DNA from: Lama guanicoe
Lineage: Eukaryota
Direction: 5' to 3'
Assembly (NCBI GenBank): GCA_013239625.1
Contig: MU054400.1
Location: forward strand, 4,217,802-4,281,801
Length of the DNA: 64,000 nt
The notes below the pieces were generated by a model that worked only from the letters and a program-made list of their open reading frames with translations, was not told where the DNA came from and made no database searches. Within the stretch, counting starts at the first letter, position 1. Each line of letters opens with the position of its first letter. Positions 62,101 to 64,000 of the stretch are shown here, in pieces. A program made the translations under genes and the position numbers.

Positions 62101-64000
62101 TGTCCATCTCCCGTTGCCTTGGGAGTTCTCCATGCTCTATTCTGACGGTGATAAAATTTCCACTGATAAATAGAGTGACATTTGAAGAACTGTTTAATAA
62201 AAATACTCTCCTCCCCATCCTTAAAAATTAATAAGAAAATCTGGAACAGAATCAAGCAGTTCGTAAGTTGTATTGGACTCCCAAGGTCAATGTCTTTACA
62301 CCCTTGGATAGAGACTGCACAATGATTTTCTTATTAACTGATAATTTGAAGTCAGATGTGACAAAGCCCCAGAAGAACAAAGCCCTCAGTACCACAGCAG
62401 GATTCTTCTGAGCAAAGACCTAGAGTCTGGCCCACTTTGGCCCCTCTGAGCCACGCCCAAAGCAGACCTCCCACCAATGTCTGTTTCACTCATTTGATCA
62501 ATGTCCTCTGGCTCACACAGACTTCTTGGAAAACATTGCTTTATTTAGTATTTTCTCTCTTTTTGCCTTTAGATTTGTAATATTTGCTGAGAAGCTGATT
62601 GGTAACCTCATAAAATTTAGATTGATGTTTCTGGATGGAACAGCCAGCATTAAGAACGTACGGCGTGGCGTAAACAGCAAACTCTTGCACAATCTTTTCC
62701 TGGATTCGTGCTTTTTTGAACTGGGTTCAAATCTAAACTGAGCAAGGCCACACAGGGCGTTAGAGCAAAAAATGTAAAGCTGGAATGCACGGAGCCCCCC
62801 GATTGGGGGAGACAGACATCGGAGGAGGGAATTTTAAGGACATGCTTTTTATTTCTGGTCACCTGGCAAGCCAGTCTCAGAACACATACTGCACAAATGT
62901 GCTTTGCAAGCCACACACATTGTCTAGATAGAAAAACAACTTCAAACATCACATAAGGTTTTGGAAATTAATTTTTGAATATGTCAACATACCACCAGAA
63001 AGGAAAGCAGTTGCCTACTTTTTGGACTGTTTCTGCTTGCAGATTTCTTAAATTTTGAAATAACAAAAACCCTTAATATAATGACTTGGAGACGCATCAC
63101 ATTTTTCGATGGCCTGTTGAATGCTCTGCTCCAAAGGATGAAATATGTCTCGTTTTATGGTGAGTAATCCCTGTGTGTGAGAGAGCAGAGAGCAGATGGA
63201 AGAAACACCAGGAGGAGGAGCAGAGAGGCAAAGGAAAGAGGAAGGGAGGGGAGAGAAATATTTAGACTCAGCAGATCGCTATTAGGAAATAGTAACCGAC
63301 TTTGAAACTTGTAGTCGCACATCTTTACTGCGGCAAATGTTAGTGCTTCCGCGTCATTTACAGCAAGTACAGTGCCACCTACACATCCAAAGTGAAAAAT
63401 ATTTAGGACAGGTTTTTCTCAGTAACAATAAATTCAGCGATTATGGTATTGCCTGTGAATTCCTATCCATTGACCCAGTTTGGAACGTTCCTTTGCAGGG
63501 ACTGTTGACTTTACAGATTCGGATCGCCATCATGAGTGTAGGAAGAATGGCCTCTAGTGCCAGTTGCCAGATAAGAAGCCTAGGGAACATTTTTGTTGCA
63601 AGTGAAAAAAAAAAAAGCATAAATGTATTGAACATATATGTGTCACTGACTTGGCTGTTTACACTGTGATTTTATTTTGGTGGCTTGCCCAATAGTTCAC
63701 CTTGCAAGACTAACTCCTTCATGGATTATCATCATCATCAATGAATAATTCTTACTAAACACTCACACAGTAGGTGCCATTGGTTGAAAACAGAGTGTAT
63801 GTTGCATGAAGTACTGGTCTTACGCATGCACTGTAATCCTAAATCACACCTCCTATTTCACACATGAAAGTTTGGAATGCTCAGTGTCATAGAGCCGGTA
63901 AGCAAAAGAGCTGGGATTTGGAGCTAGATCTGACTCTAAAATCTGGCCTCCCTGTGCGTGGCATGATACAAAGTGCTTACTTAGAGCAGCTGGTACTGGA

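Noticed and set aside
1..64000. CRISPR array, tRNA/rRNA genes or prokaryotic-type systems
   Set aside because: No repeat-spacer array or structural RNA gene was seen, and the sequence is clearly mammalian genomic DNA.

Overview
This is a 64-kb window of eutherian mammal DNA. It is probably from a camelid, judging from the cetartiodactyl-type young L1 3' ends and the lack of any Alu, B1, Bov-tA, PRE-1 or Can-SINE copies that I could see. The only credible protein-coding gene is the intronless GAS1 (minus strand, CDS 44883-45941, 352 aa), which lies in a large CpG island and has a uORF-rich 5' leader and an AU-rich 3' UTR. The rest looks like a developmental-gene desert: old repeats (MaLR/ERV LTRs, L1, L2, MIR, hAT elements) alternate with repeat-free blocks rich in homeobox motifs. 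The most notable oddities are a 31-nt U1 snRNA 5'-end retrocopy with target-site duplications about 0.9 kb upstream of the GAS1 TATA-like box, a stacked uORF/overlapping-ORF leader, a (GCC)8 polyalanine tract longer than I recall for human GAS1, and an orphan CpG patch with an E-box/YY1/NRF1 cluster about 27-28 kb downstream of GAS1. I see no convincing evidence of a novel multi-gene system. Repeat family names come from recalled consensus sequences and need RepeatMasker/Dfam confirmation.
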